This document shows, piece by piece, positions 39,457 to 49,450 of a stretch of 64,000 bases of DNA (position 1 is its first letter; each line of letters starts with the position of its first letter). The notes beneath the pieces are model-generated. The model saw only the letters and a program-made list of their open reading frames with translations, had not been told where the DNA came from and did no database searches. Source of the DNA: an uncultured Candidatus Sumerlaeota bacterium. GTDB taxonomy: Bacteria; CAYMEV01. Made by a program: the position numbers and the translations under genes. The stretch spans positions 1 through 64,000 of the forward strand of contig CAYMEV010000004.1 of assembly GCA_964389675.1 (NCBI GenBank), given 5' to 3'.

Positions 39457-40194
39457 ATGGAAGACAAGATAAAATGCGATAATTGTCATACAGTTTACTC
39501 AGCCACAATGAACTACTGCCCCAAGTGCGGAGTTCACAAATGGTACAGGAAGCCGGCAAGCCAGCCCAGCAGGCACATATCTGCAGACAATAATCACAAC
39601 TCCAGGAACAACAAAGCCTCCTTTGAAAAGCCAGCCCATCCCCACCCGGAGATAGATCCTGTGCAGGACCTTCCTAAACTTGCTGATATAGATGATGTAG
39701 AGAAGATACTTACAGATGAATTCCATATCCGGGATGCAGGAAGGAAAAACCTTAAGATCATGAGATATATAATAATTATACTTCTGCTGATACTTAATCT
39801 TGCTGCAATAAATGCACTTGTTTCAAGAAGGACAAAGGCCGGGGCTGTAAATAATTACAATCAGGTTATCAGGAATATTAATGATGGAGAGCTCCAGAAA
39901 GCAGGAGAGATCGTCATAGGCCTTGAAGAGAGCATGGAAAAGGACTTTCTTCTTGGTCTGATATATTTTAAGGCTGAAAAATACGGCAGGGCAAAGGAAT
40001 ATCTCCTGAAAACACGGAATTCTCCTGTATATTCATCCTATTCAGATGCCATGATAAGCTATATCTTTTATACCGAGGGAAAGTTCACCGAGTCATATGA
40101 CTGCATAAAAAGGGCTGTCAGAAGCCTGCCCGACCTGCCTAATCTAAGGGAAAACTATAATAATATAAAACTGCATATAGTGAAAGACCAATAG
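39457..40194 (+). CDS. Zinc-ribbon, single-TM, TPR-like protein
   Basis: CDNC...CPKCG, a hydrophobic helix YIIIILLLILNLAAI, and C-terminal TPR-like helices. Confidence 0.7.
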   Translation: MEDKIKCDNCHTVYSATMNYCPKCGVHKWYRKPASQPSRHISADNNHNSRNNKASFEKPAHPHPEIDPVQDLPKLADIDDVEKILTDEFHIRDAGRKNLKIMRYIIIILLLILNLAAINALVSRRTKAGAVNNYNQVIRNINDGELQKAGEIVIGLEESMEKDFLLGLIYFKAEKYGRAKEYLLKTRNSPVYSSYSDAMISYIFYTEGKFTESYDCIKRAVRSLPDLPNLRENYNNIKLHIVKDQ

Positions 40195-41156
40195 TGAACA
40201 ATTCAATTATCTCCGTAAGCAATCTGACCAAAATATATAAAAAATACGGGAAGACACCCTTCCCTTCAAAATTTAAGGCACTCCATGACATCAGCTTCGA
40301 GGTTCATGATAATGAAATCTATGGTTTCCTGGGGAAAAATGGAGCTGGAAAGACGACAACAATAAAGATACTTATGCAGCTTATACCTTATAATAGAGGT
40401 AATATAAGCATACTTGGCAAAAAGATGCCTGACCTGAATATTCACATGGAACTGGGTTACCTGCCTGAATTACCCTATTTCTATGAGTTTTTGACACTTA
40501 AAGAGATGCTTTCCCTATATGGTGATCTGTTCGATGTACCGAAAAATATGCTCAGAGAAAGAATTGAGTATCTTATAGACCTTGTAGGGTTAAATGGGCA
40601 TGAAAATGTGAGGATGGGGGAGTTCTCAAAAGGCATGCTCCAGAGGTCCGGCCTTGCTCAGGCATTGATTAATGATCCGAGAATGCTTATCCTTGATGAG
40701 CCATTATCCGGGCTTGACCCCGTCGGCAGGAAAGAATTAAGGGACATAATCATCACACAGAAGAAGCTTGGCAAAACGGTGCTTTTTTCATCTCATATCC
40801 TTCAGGATGCTGAAATGATATGTGACAGAATAGCTATAGTAAAGGATGGGGTCGTGATAACTCAGGGGTCCATAAGGGAATTGCTGCCTCCTTCTGATAA
40901 TATATTTGAAATTCACCTGGTAAATCTTGATGATTCAGAAATAGATATCATAAAGGGGATTGATATTTTTGAAATAACTTTCACAGATAACTACGGCAAT
41001 CTTGCATTAAGGACAAAGGAAGTGCTGACCATGGATGAGATACTCAGCAGCCAGATCAGGGGCATGAAGGATAAGATTATCAGGATCAGCAAGAATACAC
41101 CCTCCCTGGAGGATATATTCATAGAAAAGAACAGGGCCGGCGAATATGAATCTTAA
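40194..41156 (+). CDS. ABC transporter ATP-binding protein (PilH-like)
   Basis: GKNGAGKT, FSKGMLQR, ILDEP, SSH. Confidence 0.93.
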   Translation: MNNSIISVSNLTKIYKKYGKTPFPSKFKALHDISFEVHDNEIYGFLGKNGAGKTTTIKILMQLIPYNRGNISILGKKMPDLNIHMELGYLPELPYFYEFLTLKEMLSLYGDLFDVPKNMLRERIEYLIDLVGLNGHENVRMGEFSKGMLQRSGLAQALINDPRMLILDEPLSGLDPVGRKELRDIIITQKKLGKTVLFSSHILQDAEMICDRIAIVKDGVVITQGSIRELLPPSDNIFEIHLVNLDDSEIDIIKGIDIFEITFTDNYGNLALRTKEVLTMDEILSSQIRGMKDKIIRISKNTPSLEDIFIEKNRAGEYES

Positions 41157-41919
41157 AAGAATAAAAACAATCGCCCGTATCAACTATCTTGAAATAATAA
41201 GGAGCAGGACAGTATTAATAATCCTGATTTACCTGATTTTCCTGCTGCTTGCCTCTCAAATATTTTCAAAAATAACCATTGCAGAACCATCGAGGGTAAT
41301 AATCGATATCGGCCTTGCCACTATTGAGGTATTTGGTGTATTTCTTGCTCTATTTGTTGGAATAACCCTGATAAGCAAGGAGATTGAGAAAAAGAGCATA
41401 TACATACTTCTTTCAAAACCGCTTAAACGCTATGAATTCATACTCGGGAAGTTTTTCGGCTTATCCATTGTATCCCTGGTATTTAATATAGCCATGTTTA
41501 TAATATTTGTGCTTTATCTTTTCATCCTGGATATTAAAGTATCCCCTTATCTGATAGTTGCAAATATTCACATATACCTTAAAATTGTCATACTGATATC
41601 AATAGTGCTTGCCCTTTCATCAATGTCTTCAACTGTGCTGACAGGGCTCCTCTCTATAGGGTTTTATCTTATAGGCAGCTCAGCCTCATCAATAAAGGAG
41701 CTTGTAATCCTGTCCGAATCACCAAAATTAAGCATGCTGATAAATATAATCTATTTTTTAATCCCAAATTTTGAATACTTTAATTCCAAAAATAATGTTG
41801 TACACATTGAATTCATTCACTCCATTGATATATTCACACCGTTTTTGTTCGCTATTATCTACTCATGCCTGTTTTTGGTAATTGCAGTACTTGCATTCCA
41901 AAAAAGGGATATTAAATAA
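41146..41919 (+). CDS. ABC-2 type permease (PilI-like)
   Basis: About six TM segments; EIEKKSIYILLSKPLKRYEFILGKF. Confidence 0.9.
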   Translation: MNLKRIKTIARINYLEIIRSRTVLIILIYLIFLLLASQIFSKITIAEPSRVIIDIGLATIEVFGVFLALFVGITLISKEIEKKSIYILLSKPLKRYEFILGKFFGLSIVSLVFNIAMFIIFVLYLFILDIKVSPYLIVANIHIYLKIVILISIVLALSSMSSTVLTGLLSIGFYLIGSSASSIKELVILSESPKLSMLINIIYFLIPNFEYFNSKNNVVHIEFIHSIDIFTPFLFAIIYSCLFLVIAVLAFQKRDIK

Positions 41920-41922
41920 GCC

Positions 41923-42900
41923 ATGAAAAGGCTCTTTTCAGCTGGCCTGCTGATATTAATGCTTTTTTCTGCCAAATACCTTCTGCAGAGCTTCTATGAT
42001 AAAGGCTTCTATGAGAGGCAGCAGAAGGTTGAGCTTTTTTATCTGCCCTCTGTAAAGACATCCAGTATCCTGTGTTTTGGATTTAATAACCTTTATGCTG
42101 ATTATATGTTCATTAGCAGTATTGTCTATTTTATGGAGCATTTTAAGGGGGATAACGATTATGAATTCCTTAAACACCAGTTCGATATTATTGCAGAGCT
42201 TGACCCTTATTTTACAAAGGCATATACATTTGGAGCCCTGACCCTCTTCATTGCATACAACAACCTTGAAATGCCGGTCAGCTATCTGATGAAAGCCTAT
42301 AGCCACATGCCGTCAAACTGGAGGCTGATACAGGAGATAGCATTTTACTATTATCAGTTTAAGGATTATAAGAATGCATCTGAATGGTACCTGAAAGCTT
42401 CCAAGGTAAGCGGCATTTCAAAATCCCTGAAGAATAGATTTCTCCAGCTTTATTATTCATCGCTGGAGCTTACCGGTGAATTTGACAAGGCAAAATATCT
42501 CTGGCTGGATCTCCATCTGAACGCTGAAGATGAAATCACAAAAGAGCTTTCAGCACGCCGGCTTTTTCTTATCTTTGAAGCTGAAAACATCCGAAAGATC
42601 AACCAGGCTCTCTTTATATATAAGGCAATATACAGCAAAAATCCGCCAGACCTTGAAGAGCTAAAAAAGGAGAATTTTGCAGACTTCTCTTTACATAATG
42701 AAATTTGTCCTCAAAAAGGGTATATCTACTCCAAAATTTATGGAAATATACTTATAGATGAGCAGTTTTTGCCGGATCTGGAGGAGCATCATATAAGCAT
42801 AGGGTTTAATCAGCTGTATCCCTTTTATTTCATGCCTGAAAAAGAGATGCTGTATGAAGGTATTCAGAGATACATCAGTGAAAGGGGAAAAAGCAGTTAA
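41923..42900 (+). CDS. Exported TPR-like protein (PilG/XapA-like)
   Basis: Signal/anchor, LYADYMF, ELDPYFTKAY and TPR-like helices; follows the ABC pair. Confidence 0.65.
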   Translation: MKRLFSAGLLILMLFSAKYLLQSFYDKGFYERQQKVELFYLPSVKTSSILCFGFNNLYADYMFISSIVYFMEHFKGDNDYEFLKHQFDIIAELDPYFTKAYTFGALTLFIAYNNLEMPVSYLMKAYSHMPSNWRLIQEIAFYYYQFKDYKNASEWYLKASKVSGISKSLKNRFLQLYYSSLELTGEFDKAKYLWLDLHLNAEDEITKELSARRLFLIFEAENIRKINQALFIYKAIYSKNPPDLEELKKENFADFSLHNEICPQKGYIYSKIYGNILIDEQFLPDLEEHHISIGFNQLYPFYFMPEKEMLYEGIQRYISERGKSS

Positions 42901-42917
42901 GGATCAGGCTCAGGTTT

Positions 42918-43262
42918 TTATTTATTTTTCAGAAAATCTATAGCCTCTTTTTCATTATCAAAAACGTCGAACACTGTTATAAGTTTTGTCAATGTAAGAA
43001 GATCCCTTGATTTCTTTGTCAGGTTGAGCAAGACGAGGTCCCCCCCTGAGTTGGCAACAGTTGTATAGCTTCTTGTAAGCTCGCCTACTCCAGCACTATC
43101 AATATAGGTTGCTTTTTCAAGGTCAAGAATAATTTTTTTCCTGTTTTCCTCAAGCGATTCAATAATCTTATTCCTTAATGCAACATCGCCTCTTCCGATC
43201 TCGATTTTGTCCTTTACAGAAATAATCCTTATATCTTCAATGTCTTTAGAGGAAATACTCAT
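42918..43262 (-). CDS. STAS-domain anti-sigma factor antagonist
   Basis: YIDSAGVGEL, LTLTKLITVF. Confidence 0.92.
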   Translation of the reverse strand: MSISSKDIEDIRIISVKDKIEIGRGDVALRNKIIESLEENRKKIILDLEKATYIDSAGVGELTRSYTTVANSGGDLVLLNLTKKSRDLLTLTKLITVFDVFDNEKEAIDFLKNK

Positions 43263-43344
43263 AATCCTACTCCTTAAAATTTTTCATTATTAAATAATAT
43301 CTTATTAAAAAGTAATTCCAAATACCGTCAAGTCAAGAAATAAT

Positions 43345-45135
43345 TTAGCTAATGTCAAGCAGATTCTCTATATTCTGTGCAAGCTCTTCAAAGGTGAACG
43401 GCTTTACCATATAGGACGCTTCCCCTTCCTTAAGCATGCCTTTCAGGACTGATTCTGTATAATAACCGCTTGTAAGAAGAACCTTGGTTTCCGGTTTCAA
43501 TGATCTTATAAGCCTGAAAACCTGCTGGCCGTCCAGTTTGGGCATAATAATATCAAGGATGGCCAGCCTTATATCATTTATATTATCCTTAAACTCCGAA
43601 ACCGCCTCGCTTCCGTCCTTTGCAGTATAAACCGTAAAGCCCATCATCTCCAGCATCATTCTGCCAATGTTTCTGACAGATTCCTCATCGTCTGCCAAAA
43701 GGATGCCAATTTTCCCGGGTTTATTTGATGCTGATGCAGTTTCAAGCATTTCGCACTTTTTATCCCTTGGTATGTATATTGTAAACCTCATCCCTTCAGC
43801 AGCATTGCCTGTTATATCTGTATCAGCCTTTATAAGGGATAAAAATGACCTTATATAGCACGCATAGGGCAATTTGCTCTCTTTCAGCCTTCCTATCAGA
43901 AGATTGTCATAATCAATCTCACCGGACAGGCAAAAAGAAATAGCAATGCAATCATTTTCAAATCTTTCAGAAGGCCCCTCCTCATCTTTGAGGATCTCGT
44001 GGATACTCACCGAACAGCTGCCGTTTTTTATCCCTGCATATATATCTTCGATTATTATGCTGAACATATTGAACATCTGCTCGTTGAAAAAACTGAGGAT
44101 GCTGTGTTCCTGGCTGGTCTCCAGTATGATTCTTTTCTTGTCATTGGAAGAAAAAAGTGCAATAAGGCTTGCAATGCTCTGTGTTATATTGTAGTACTCG
44201 GTTGAAAACAATGAGGAATGTATTGCAAATATCCTGTTAAATTTCTCAAATAACTGATTATGCATCTTTTCAAGATTATTAAGGATATCGAGTATCTGCC
44301 CGTTTCTGGTCTTGCTCCTGATTTCTGCAATATCATTAATAATGGACCTGATATTATTATAATGCTCTCTGCATACTGTCAGCCCATGGTTTGACATTAT
44401 CAGATATTTTGTATTATAGGGCGAGAGGTTCTCCTTAGCCCCTTCTGTACTGCCGGGGATCAGAAAGATCATGTAGTAGCCGGCAGGAAGGTTGATAAAT
44501 ACCGCTGTAAAATGAATTGTAACCTTTTCTTTATTGGTAATGCTCCATAACTTAATAGCACTTTCCTCCGGGCTTTTAACTTCTTCAATATGCAGGTTCT
44601 TCACCATATCATCATAAGAGGAGAGTTCAAGATAGCCCATCCTGGTAAATTTTTGAAACCACTTGTTGAAATATATTACCTGATTTTTCTGGGAGAACAG
44701 CATTATTCCATATGGCGTATTTTCAAATATCCTTCTGAAAAGCTCAATAAATTTTTCAATATTTTCCCCTATATTGGTTTCAGAATACAGATTGTCTAAA
44801 GCATGCATGCTAAGCAGATAATAACTGCCTTCTGGATTTTGTACCGAGCTTATTTTTAGATTAAATTTCTGCTGACATCCATCTTCACCGGTCAGTGAGA
44901 CGTATATGGAACCTTCATTATATCTGCCGTCTGCAATTCTGTTCTGTATTATTCTGCAGTCATTCTGGGAAAATATATCATATATGGTAAGCTCTTTTTC
45001 CTGCTCGGCAATATCTATGATTGTGGATAATATATCGGAATGAACCATTACTTTCAGATCAGTGTCCAAAAGCAGAAAGATTGGCCTGTCAAGTTTCAAT
45101 ACTGATTCAAAAGATTCTTTAAATGGAATTTGCAT
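43345..45135 (-). CDS. PAS-like + degenerate histidine kinase + intact receiver domain
   Basis: Receiver motifs ILLADDE, LDIIMPKLDG, TSGY, KPF. Upstream HYNN and GMRFTIYIP remnants, without N/G1/G2 boxes. Confidence 0.7.
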   Translation of the reverse strand: MQIPFKESFESVLKLDRPIFLLLDTDLKVMVHSDILSTIIDIAEQEKELTIYDIFSQNDCRIIQNRIADGRYNEGSIYVSLTGEDGCQQKFNLKISSVQNPEGSYYLLSMHALDNLYSETNIGENIEKFIELFRRIFENTPYGIMLFSQKNQVIYFNKWFQKFTRMGYLELSSYDDMVKNLHIEEVKSPEESAIKLWSITNKEKVTIHFTAVFINLPAGYYMIFLIPGSTEGAKENLSPYNTKYLIMSNHGLTVCREHYNNIRSIINDIAEIRSKTRNGQILDILNNLEKMHNQLFEKFNRIFAIHSSLFSTEYYNITQSIASLIALFSSNDKKRIILETSQEHSILSFFNEQMFNMFSIIIEDIYAGIKNGSCSVSIHEILKDEEGPSERFENDCIAISFCLSGEIDYDNLLIGRLKESKLPYACYIRSFLSLIKADTDITGNAAEGMRFTIYIPRDKKCEMLETASASNKPGKIGILLADDEESVRNIGRMMLEMMGFTVYTAKDGSEAVSEFKDNINDIRLAILDIIMPKLDGQQVFRLIRSLKPETKVLLTSGYYTESVLKGMLKEGEASYMVKPFTFEELAQNIENLLDIS

Positions 45136-45244
45136 CTGTCACAATAATAATATAAAGCCCTGAAACTTTCAATCAAATCTTTAATATTGATAAAAATTAT
45201 TAAAGTGATAACATTAGTAATGATTAAACTAAGGAGGTAGTATA

Positions 45245-46258
45245 ATGGATTCAATGTTCCAAAGGGCAGTTGGGACTACTCTGATGAAGCATATAATGGA
45301 AGAGCAAAGAAAGCATCCTCACGCCACAGGCCATTTTTCAGAATTGCTTAGCCAGTTTGTGACAGCATGCAAGATAATCAACAGAGAGGTTAACAAAGCC
45401 GGGCTTGTAGATATTCTTGGCTCAACGAACCACACAAATGTTCAGGGAGAAGTTGTAAAGAAATTAGATGAATTTTCAAACAGTGTTCTTATAAATGTCC
45501 TTGATCATACCGGCTTCCTTGCTGGAATGGCAAGCGAAGAGAATGCGGATATCATCAAGATACCAAAAAAATTCCCTAAGGGCAATTATGTTTTAGTATT
45601 CGACCCCCTTGACGGTTCATCCAATATTGATGTTAATGTCTCCATCGGTACAATCTTCGGTGTATTCAAGAAGATCTCCTCCAATGAGGACGCTACGGAA
45701 GAGGACTTTTTAAGGACAGGAAGAGACCTGGTGGCAGCTGGTTATGTTGTATATGGCTCAAGTACCATCATGGTTATCACAACAGGCCAGGGTGTTTTCG
45801 GTTTCACTCTGGATCCGTCCGTGGGAGAATTTATCCTCTCTCATCCCAATATCAGGATTCCTGAGAGCGGAAGTCTTTATTCGGTCAATGAAGGGAATTA
45901 TAATAAATGGGCAGAAGACATAAGAAACTACGTAGACCATATAAAGCAGATAGACTCAGCAACGAAAAGGCCTTATAAAACAAGGTATATAGGAAGCCTT
46001 GTTGCCGACTTCCACAGGAACCTTCTTACAGGAGGCATCTTTTTGTATCCCAGGGATAAAAATACAGGGAAAGGCAAACTGCGCCTCCTCTACGAGGCTG
46101 CGCCACTGGCATTTGTAGTTGAGCAGGCTGGCGGCCTTGCTACTGATGGAGTTAATAATATCCTGGATATAAAGCCTCAGGGATTGCATGATCGTGTTCC
46201 TTTATTTATTGGCAGCAAAAATGAGGTATTGAAACTCATGGATTTTCTAAAAGAATAG
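45245..46258 (+). CDS. fbp: Fructose-1,6-bisphosphatase class 1
   Basis: SEEN, FDPLDGSSN, RYIGSLVAD, GKLRLLYE. Confidence 0.97.
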   Translation: MDSMFQRAVGTTLMKHIMEEQRKHPHATGHFSELLSQFVTACKIINREVNKAGLVDILGSTNHTNVQGEVVKKLDEFSNSVLINVLDHTGFLAGMASEENADIIKIPKKFPKGNYVLVFDPLDGSSNIDVNVSIGTIFGVFKKISSNEDATEEDFLRTGRDLVAAGYVVYGSSTIMVITTGQGVFGFTLDPSVGEFILSHPNIRIPESGSLYSVNEGNYNKWAEDIRNYVDHIKQIDSATKRPYKTRYIGSLVADFHRNLLTGGIFLYPRDKNTGKGKLRLLYEAAPLAFVVEQAGGLATDGVNNILDIKPQGLHDRVPLFIGSKNEVLKLMDFLKE

Positions 46259-46350
46259 CCCGCATACAATATTAAAAAAAACAGAGAGGCAATTCTTTTA
46301 AAAATTATTCATATACCTGAATAATGTATGCCCTCTTCAGCCTGATCTAT

Positions 46351-49300
46351 TTAATATTCTGCAGGAAACCTGCATACTTCTTTTATATCAGCATCCGTAA
46401 GCACTGTATCCAATACCTGGCCGGATGACCTGTAAAGCATTAGCTTTCTCTCAATAGAGCTGTACAGGATCAGGTCATCCTTCTGCTCCTGGGCAAACCT
46501 GCCGGGAACTATAATATCATAGGGATGATTAAATAACTCTTTCCAGGCATTATCCTGAAAGGAATACATATAGATAGTCTGGTAGAAACAGCCAAGCAGT
46601 TCATCCCTAATATCACCTTCCAGATCCCCTTTTGAAAGGGCATATCCATCATCATTACCTATGTTAAGCAGGGGCTCCCAGCTGTTATCCTGTCCAAGGA
46701 TGTAAATCCCGTATGGATAAAAATCAGCAGCGATACTCCCGTATGACAGATCGGAAGAAACAGGGACAGCGCTTTCCGGACAGAGGCTTAAAAGTTTTGA
46801 GAATGAGGATGTGTCAAAATCATATACATATGACCCGTAATCAGTGAAAGCAGTAAATAATTCATCATAACCATCATCATCCCGGTCAAAGACCTCAAGA
46901 ATAAAAGGGGCTACAGATATAATTCTATCCCATGTCCCTGAATTGCCGCTGTTTTTCCAGCTGTACAAACCGTAACCGGGTACTGACAGAATTAGGATAT
47001 TGCCATCAGATGTATGGGCAATCGCCATATCATCAACAGGTATATCTATTATTGCCTTCCAGTCAGTGAAATCGTAATAATAGACTCCAAAACCAGAAAA
47101 ATATGCAAGGATTTCATTATCCCCGTTATTAGTAATATCCCCTGCTGTAATCAGGTCTGCATAGCTTCCCTCAAACAATCTATCAGCACTGAACCCTGAG
47201 TCAAATTCCCACAGGTCAATGCTCCCTGCATTTTCCATACTGCTTACAACAGCCCTGTCACCAGGAGCACTGGTGGTGAAACTATAATCTTCCCCATGCA
47301 CAATACCCCAGTCTGAAGAGATTACAGCCCTGTAATGGTAATCTGAATAAGGTTCAAGCCCTGTAAGAACTGATGAAAAGGCAATATCATCCATGCCATT
47401 TCCTATGCTTTCAGCAGCTGTCTGGTTCTGATATTCAGGTCCCTCTCCCCACTCAAACCATACCTCAGCATTACAGCCTTTTGGATTTCCAGCTCCCTGA
47501 AGTAATGCACTTTCCTGGCTGATATCTTCAGCAGGGTATGTAGTCACTTCAGGCTGGCTGCACAAATATGTTTCAAATGAGCAGTCTGAACCATATACAG
47601 CGCCGTATGATGATGTTATCACTGCCCTGTAATGATACGTTACACCAAGGGTCAGGCCTGTAACAGAGGATTCAAACGAGATATCCGAACTGCCTGCCCC
47701 AATTCCCTGAGGACTTGTAATATTGCCGTAATCCTTTGTTGTACCCCACTCAAAATATACAGAGGAGTCATATCCCTTTGGATTTGCCGTACCCTTAAGG
47801 ACAGCAGAATCAGCCCCTATGGACCCTGCAGGGTCTGTTTTTATATTTGGATGTTTGACTGTTACAATAAATTTCATAGTCCCATTATATTCTTCTATCT
47901 TGTCTATTTCCAGGCCTCCCGCTGATCCATCGGAGAAGAAGCTGTATGGATTGGTATAATCATTAATGCATGTTCTGCCAGGTTCATTGTGATAATGAGC
48001 GCTGAATATATCTCCAGCCTGATCAATAGTGCCATCAGGCCTGAATATATATACCTCATCAGGAGGCCCGTCTGCATTCCCCTCACCGTCCAGCTCTGTA
48101 TTAATCCTGTAAACAAGAAGCCCTGTACCCGGGATGGAGATCTCAAAAGGCCCTTCATCCCTTCTATGCTCCACAACAAAGTATTCAGTATCTGAAAGGG
48201 GAGTCTTTATCATATAACAGTTATTTTCAGGGTCTGTGATAGGATTTACATAATATGTCCCGGAAAATGTAATACGCGGTATTTCATCAATCCAATTCCC
48301 GTAGCGGTATTTCATGTATGCACCCATATGCTGGGGGGGATTGCCGTTCATATCCATTATATCCCACGAACCAACGCTCGCAAAGCCCCCATTGTAATGA
48401 TAAAGATCAGGGGCACCCAGTGAATGGAACATTTCATGGGATATCGTTTTGGCACTTGTGGTGCGTGATTCCATATTAAGGTTATATGTAATGACCCTCT
48501 TGCCATTGATATATGCAAAATATAAAAGAAGGCTCCCCTTATGTGGCCAAAGCAGCTCGTTCCATCCATCCGGGTAGCCTCTCACGATAAAGCAGACATT
48601 ATCGACATAGCCGTCGCCATCGCCATCAACCATGAGGTCACCAGGTATCTGGAATCCTACCGCATCTATGGCATCTTTAAGCAGGCCCTGCTCTCTTAAG
48701 CCCCTTTCCCAGTCATACCTGTAGCCATCAGGATTGGCAGCGGGATCATACGGGCTATAATATCCCCTGTCTCTTGAATCCTGATAGGAGACCACTGTAC
48801 TCCCCTGCGATATCGGATAAAAATAGGATATAACAGATAACTGGTTGTATGAGACTTCCATAAAATAGCTGTACATCGATACAGGCGAGCCTGGATTGAA
48901 TATAGCCTCATAATAGCTGATCTCCTTGTCAAACTCCTCCTGGTCTGCAAACCTGATAAAGATAACAATATTATTAATGCTTCCTGTGTTCGGGGCTTTT
49001 GAGACAGCCTTAGTATAACATTCAGCCTGTTTTCTCTTTTTCTGATATTCTTCCGGACTTATATTAAGCCATTTTGTCAGCCCAAGTGCAGATGGATCTG
49101 CTTTGCCTGCCACATGTTCCGATGGGCAGATCAAATCCCCGCATTTTTCAGCATATACCAGCATGCCGGTAGCAGGGTCTCTCATTATGGTAAAGCCATC
49201 AGAATCATGCAGCCAGTTATGGAATTCATCTCCGGAGGCAAATAACTCAAGTTTTGTGCCATCAGGCTGATACAGGTCCTGAGGCACATAGCTGAGATAT

Positions 49301-49377
49301 GCTGCTTCAGAAAGGAATGATACTGCCAGAAGCACAGCTGCAGTCAGGCATATTTTTAGAACCCTGTTCATGTTCAT
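46351..49377 (-). CDS. Secreted M6-family (immune inhibitor A-like) metalloprotease with two FnIII-like repeats and a C-terminal beta-repeat region
   Basis: Signal peptide, QPDG...GDEF propeptide, WPH, HEMFHSLGAPDLY, WDIM, GLLVYRI. Confidence 0.9.
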   Translation of the reverse strand: MNMNRVLKICLTAAVLLAVSFLSEAAYLSYVPQDLYQPDGTKLELFASGDEFHNWLHDSDGFTIMRDPATGMLVYAEKCGDLICPSEHVAGKADPSALGLTKWLNISPEEYQKKRKQAECYTKAVSKAPNTGSINNIVIFIRFADQEEFDKEISYYEAIFNPGSPVSMYSYFMEVSYNQLSVISYFYPISQGSTVVSYQDSRDRGYYSPYDPAANPDGYRYDWERGLREQGLLKDAIDAVGFQIPGDLMVDGDGDGYVDNVCFIVRGYPDGWNELLWPHKGSLLLYFAYINGKRVITYNLNMESRTTSAKTISHEMFHSLGAPDLYHYNGGFASVGSWDIMDMNGNPPQHMGAYMKYRYGNWIDEIPRITFSGTYYVNPITDPENNCYMIKTPLSDTEYFVVEHRRDEGPFEISIPGTGLLVYRINTELDGEGNADGPPDEVYIFRPDGTIDQAGDIFSAHYHNEPGRTCINDYTNPYSFFSDGSAGGLEIDKIEEYNGTMKFIVTVKHPNIKTDPAGSIGADSAVLKGTANPKGYDSSVYFEWGTTKDYGNITSPQGIGAGSSDISFESSVTGLTLGVTYHYRAVITSSYGAVYGSDCSFETYLCSQPEVTTYPAEDISQESALLQGAGNPKGCNAEVWFEWGEGPEYQNQTAAESIGNGMDDIAFSSVLTGLEPYSDYHYRAVISSDWGIVHGEDYSFTTSAPGDRAVVSSMENAGSIDLWEFDSGFSADRLFEGSYADLITAGDITNNGDNEILAYFSGFGVYYYDFTDWKAIIDIPVDDMAIAHTSDGNILILSVPGYGLYSWKNSGNSGTWDRIISVAPFILEVFDRDDDGYDELFTAFTDYGSYVYDFDTSSFSKLLSLCPESAVPVSSDLSYGSIAADFYPYGIYILGQDNSWEPLLNIGNDDGYALSKGDLEGDIRDELLGCFYQTIYMYSFQDNAWKELFNHPYDIIVPGRFAQEQKDDLILYSSIERKLMLYRSSGQVLDTVLTDADIKEVCRFPAEY
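47272..47853 (-). repeat. Two tandem ~96-aa FnIII-like repeats within the M6 protease
   Basis: Both copies share NPKG, FEWG, TGL, YHYRAVI and G.D.SF.T. Confidence 0.85.
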
Positions 49378-49450
49378 GTTTTATCTCCTGTATATAATTA
49401 AATTAAAACTTTACAGATCTTATCTTTTTTTAAGGTTTTTTCCAGAAAAT

